From Azolla caroliniana (Eukaryota > Plantae > Polypodiophyta): a stretch of 64,000 nucleotides of DNA. Both the position numbers and the translations under genes were made by a program. Below are positions 62,642-64,000 of this stretch, one piece after another. How positions within the stretch are numbered: position 1 is the first letter of the stretch; every line of letters begins with the position of its first letter. The stretch covers positions 7,006,001 through 7,070,000 of the forward strand of contig JBHGNT010000002.1 in the NCBI GenBank assembly GCA_043228905.1. Reading direction: 5' to 3'. The notes beneath the pieces were generated by a model that searched no databases, was not told the DNA's origin, and saw only the letters and a list, made by a program, of their open reading frames with translations.

Positions 62642-64000
62642 TGTCATAGACACGATGGAATGTAAGGGGTTGAACCCATGACCTCTTGGTCTTATTGGGA
62701 AACCTTACCAATTGAGCTACATTCCATCTATGCATTAAGTTTCAACTTATTACATTGTAAGTTAATCACTAGAACTTTCAAGAAACTTTTAGAGAATGCA
62801 TAGACATGCACTCTCTAGAAGTTTCCATGCATTCTCTAGATCTTTCCTAGCTTACATGCATACCACCACATTCTTGTATAAATACTTTGGTGCACCTTGA
62901 TTACAATCAAGGTGAACAACACCAGTTACGGAAGCATAATTTAGTTCTCGCTCTTTTGTCTAGCCTCTCTCTCTCTTGTTCTCTTCTCTATGCTCCTCTC
63001 TATTTATATATCTATCTTTCTCTCTTTCTTAATATTGAGCTCGCCTACTTGTCCTTGCCCTCGTCTACGTCTGTGACAATTTGTTCACCTTGCCTTCTTG
63101 TTACCATGTCTAACTCGGCCTTAAACCAAGTAATGGCAGCCTTGGAGCAACTTCGATTATAAAATGAAAGCCTTCGTCAGTCTTGTCATCCGCCTCTATT
63201 GTGGTACCCCCGGCCATGTCATCCGCCACTGCTCGATGCGAAGCCCTCGTCATCAATCCCACCATGCACATCTTGCAGAGGTTTCTCGACAACAAGAAAA
63301 CGATCGTGCACGTCTTGCGGAGGTTTCTAGACAACAGGAAAACAAGAAAGTCCAGCTGCAATAGGAGCCATGCCGCTGGACACTTTCTGTCGCCCTAGTT
63401 CTTCATGCTCCTACAATTCAGTCACGCTAGCAGGAGGTTTTACTTTGCAAGTAAGTCTTTTTTTTGGGTCTATTTCAATAAAATCCCATGCCTTCCTCGA
63501 TTCTGGTGCATCTACTTGTTTCATCGATATCGCGTTCGTCCGAGCACATAAAATCCCAACCTTCTGCACAACACAACCCATATCCGTTGAAGCTATCCAC
63601 GGACGGGTTCTCTCTTCAGGGGCGGTTACCGAAGCCACTGTCTCGTTGGTATTTCAAGTTGGGTTCCACCAGGAGGTATTAACATTCTACCTCATTGCAA
63701 CCCCTCGTCATCCGATTGTTTTAGGGCTCTCCTGGTTGGAAACACACAATCCGATGGTGGATTGGTGTAGCCGCTCCATCACTTTTCCACAAACACCAGC
63801 GCAGGCCCTTTCCACAAACATTGTTACTTGTGGGGGGGTTGTTTTCAGCTTGGGTGCACATTCTTCTGATTTCAACTCACCCTTCGACGTTGCCGATTCC
63901 GTTCTGGCCGATTCTAGCGTGGTCACTTCCGTGCCCGTTGTGTCACAGGACGTCCCTACTCCTGTCACCAATTTGCTCGCAAGATATAGCGATTTTTTGG
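62642..64000 (+). mobile_element. Element I: 5' end of a self-priming chromovirus related to F, with most of gag deleted
   Basis: LTR 62642-63078. PBS TTGTTCACCTTG (63081-63092) is complementary to 62908-62919. The gag start at 63106 joins directly to the knuckle LYCGTPGHVIRHC. Protease FLDSGAS near 63495. Confidence 0.88.

Noticed and set aside
62654-62728. Functional tRNA gene
   Set aside because: Anticodon, D and T stems do not pair properly; kept only as a promoter-like module.
63336-63365. G GAA AAC as a gag-pol slip site in I/F
   Set aside because: Imperfect heptamer, altered in F, and no downstream structure that I could verify.

Overview
Plant nuclear DNA, most likely a seed-free plant such as a fern or lycophyte (inferred from the retrotransposon lineages). 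About 85% of the window is nested retrotransposons around one intact host gene, a two-exon land-plant sn-2 glycerol-3-phosphate acyltransferase (GPAT, 50825-53003, 539 aa) whose phosphatase aspartates are missing. By hand I resolved four tRNA-Trp-primed Ty3/gypsy-type elements (A, C, E, G). C is a complete pol-less element with an intact 1092-codon Gag fusion. There are also three chromovirus-type elements that appear to self-prime (F, H, I), one tRNA-iMet chromovirus (L), four Ty1/copia elements (B, D, J, K), three solo LTRs, one LTR end and two LINE insertions. The best leads are: (1) antisense tRNA-sized A-box/B-box modules in the U3 of LTRs from three families; (2) self-priming sites whose primer and PBS co-vary between families, 24 nt after TATA; (3) the Gag-only passenger C, which shares cis signals with autonomous G; (4) a conserved G GAU UUU plus pseudoknot -1 frameshift after the protease; (5) 4-bp CG-centred target duplications. 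All coordinates were read by eye and no database searches were run.
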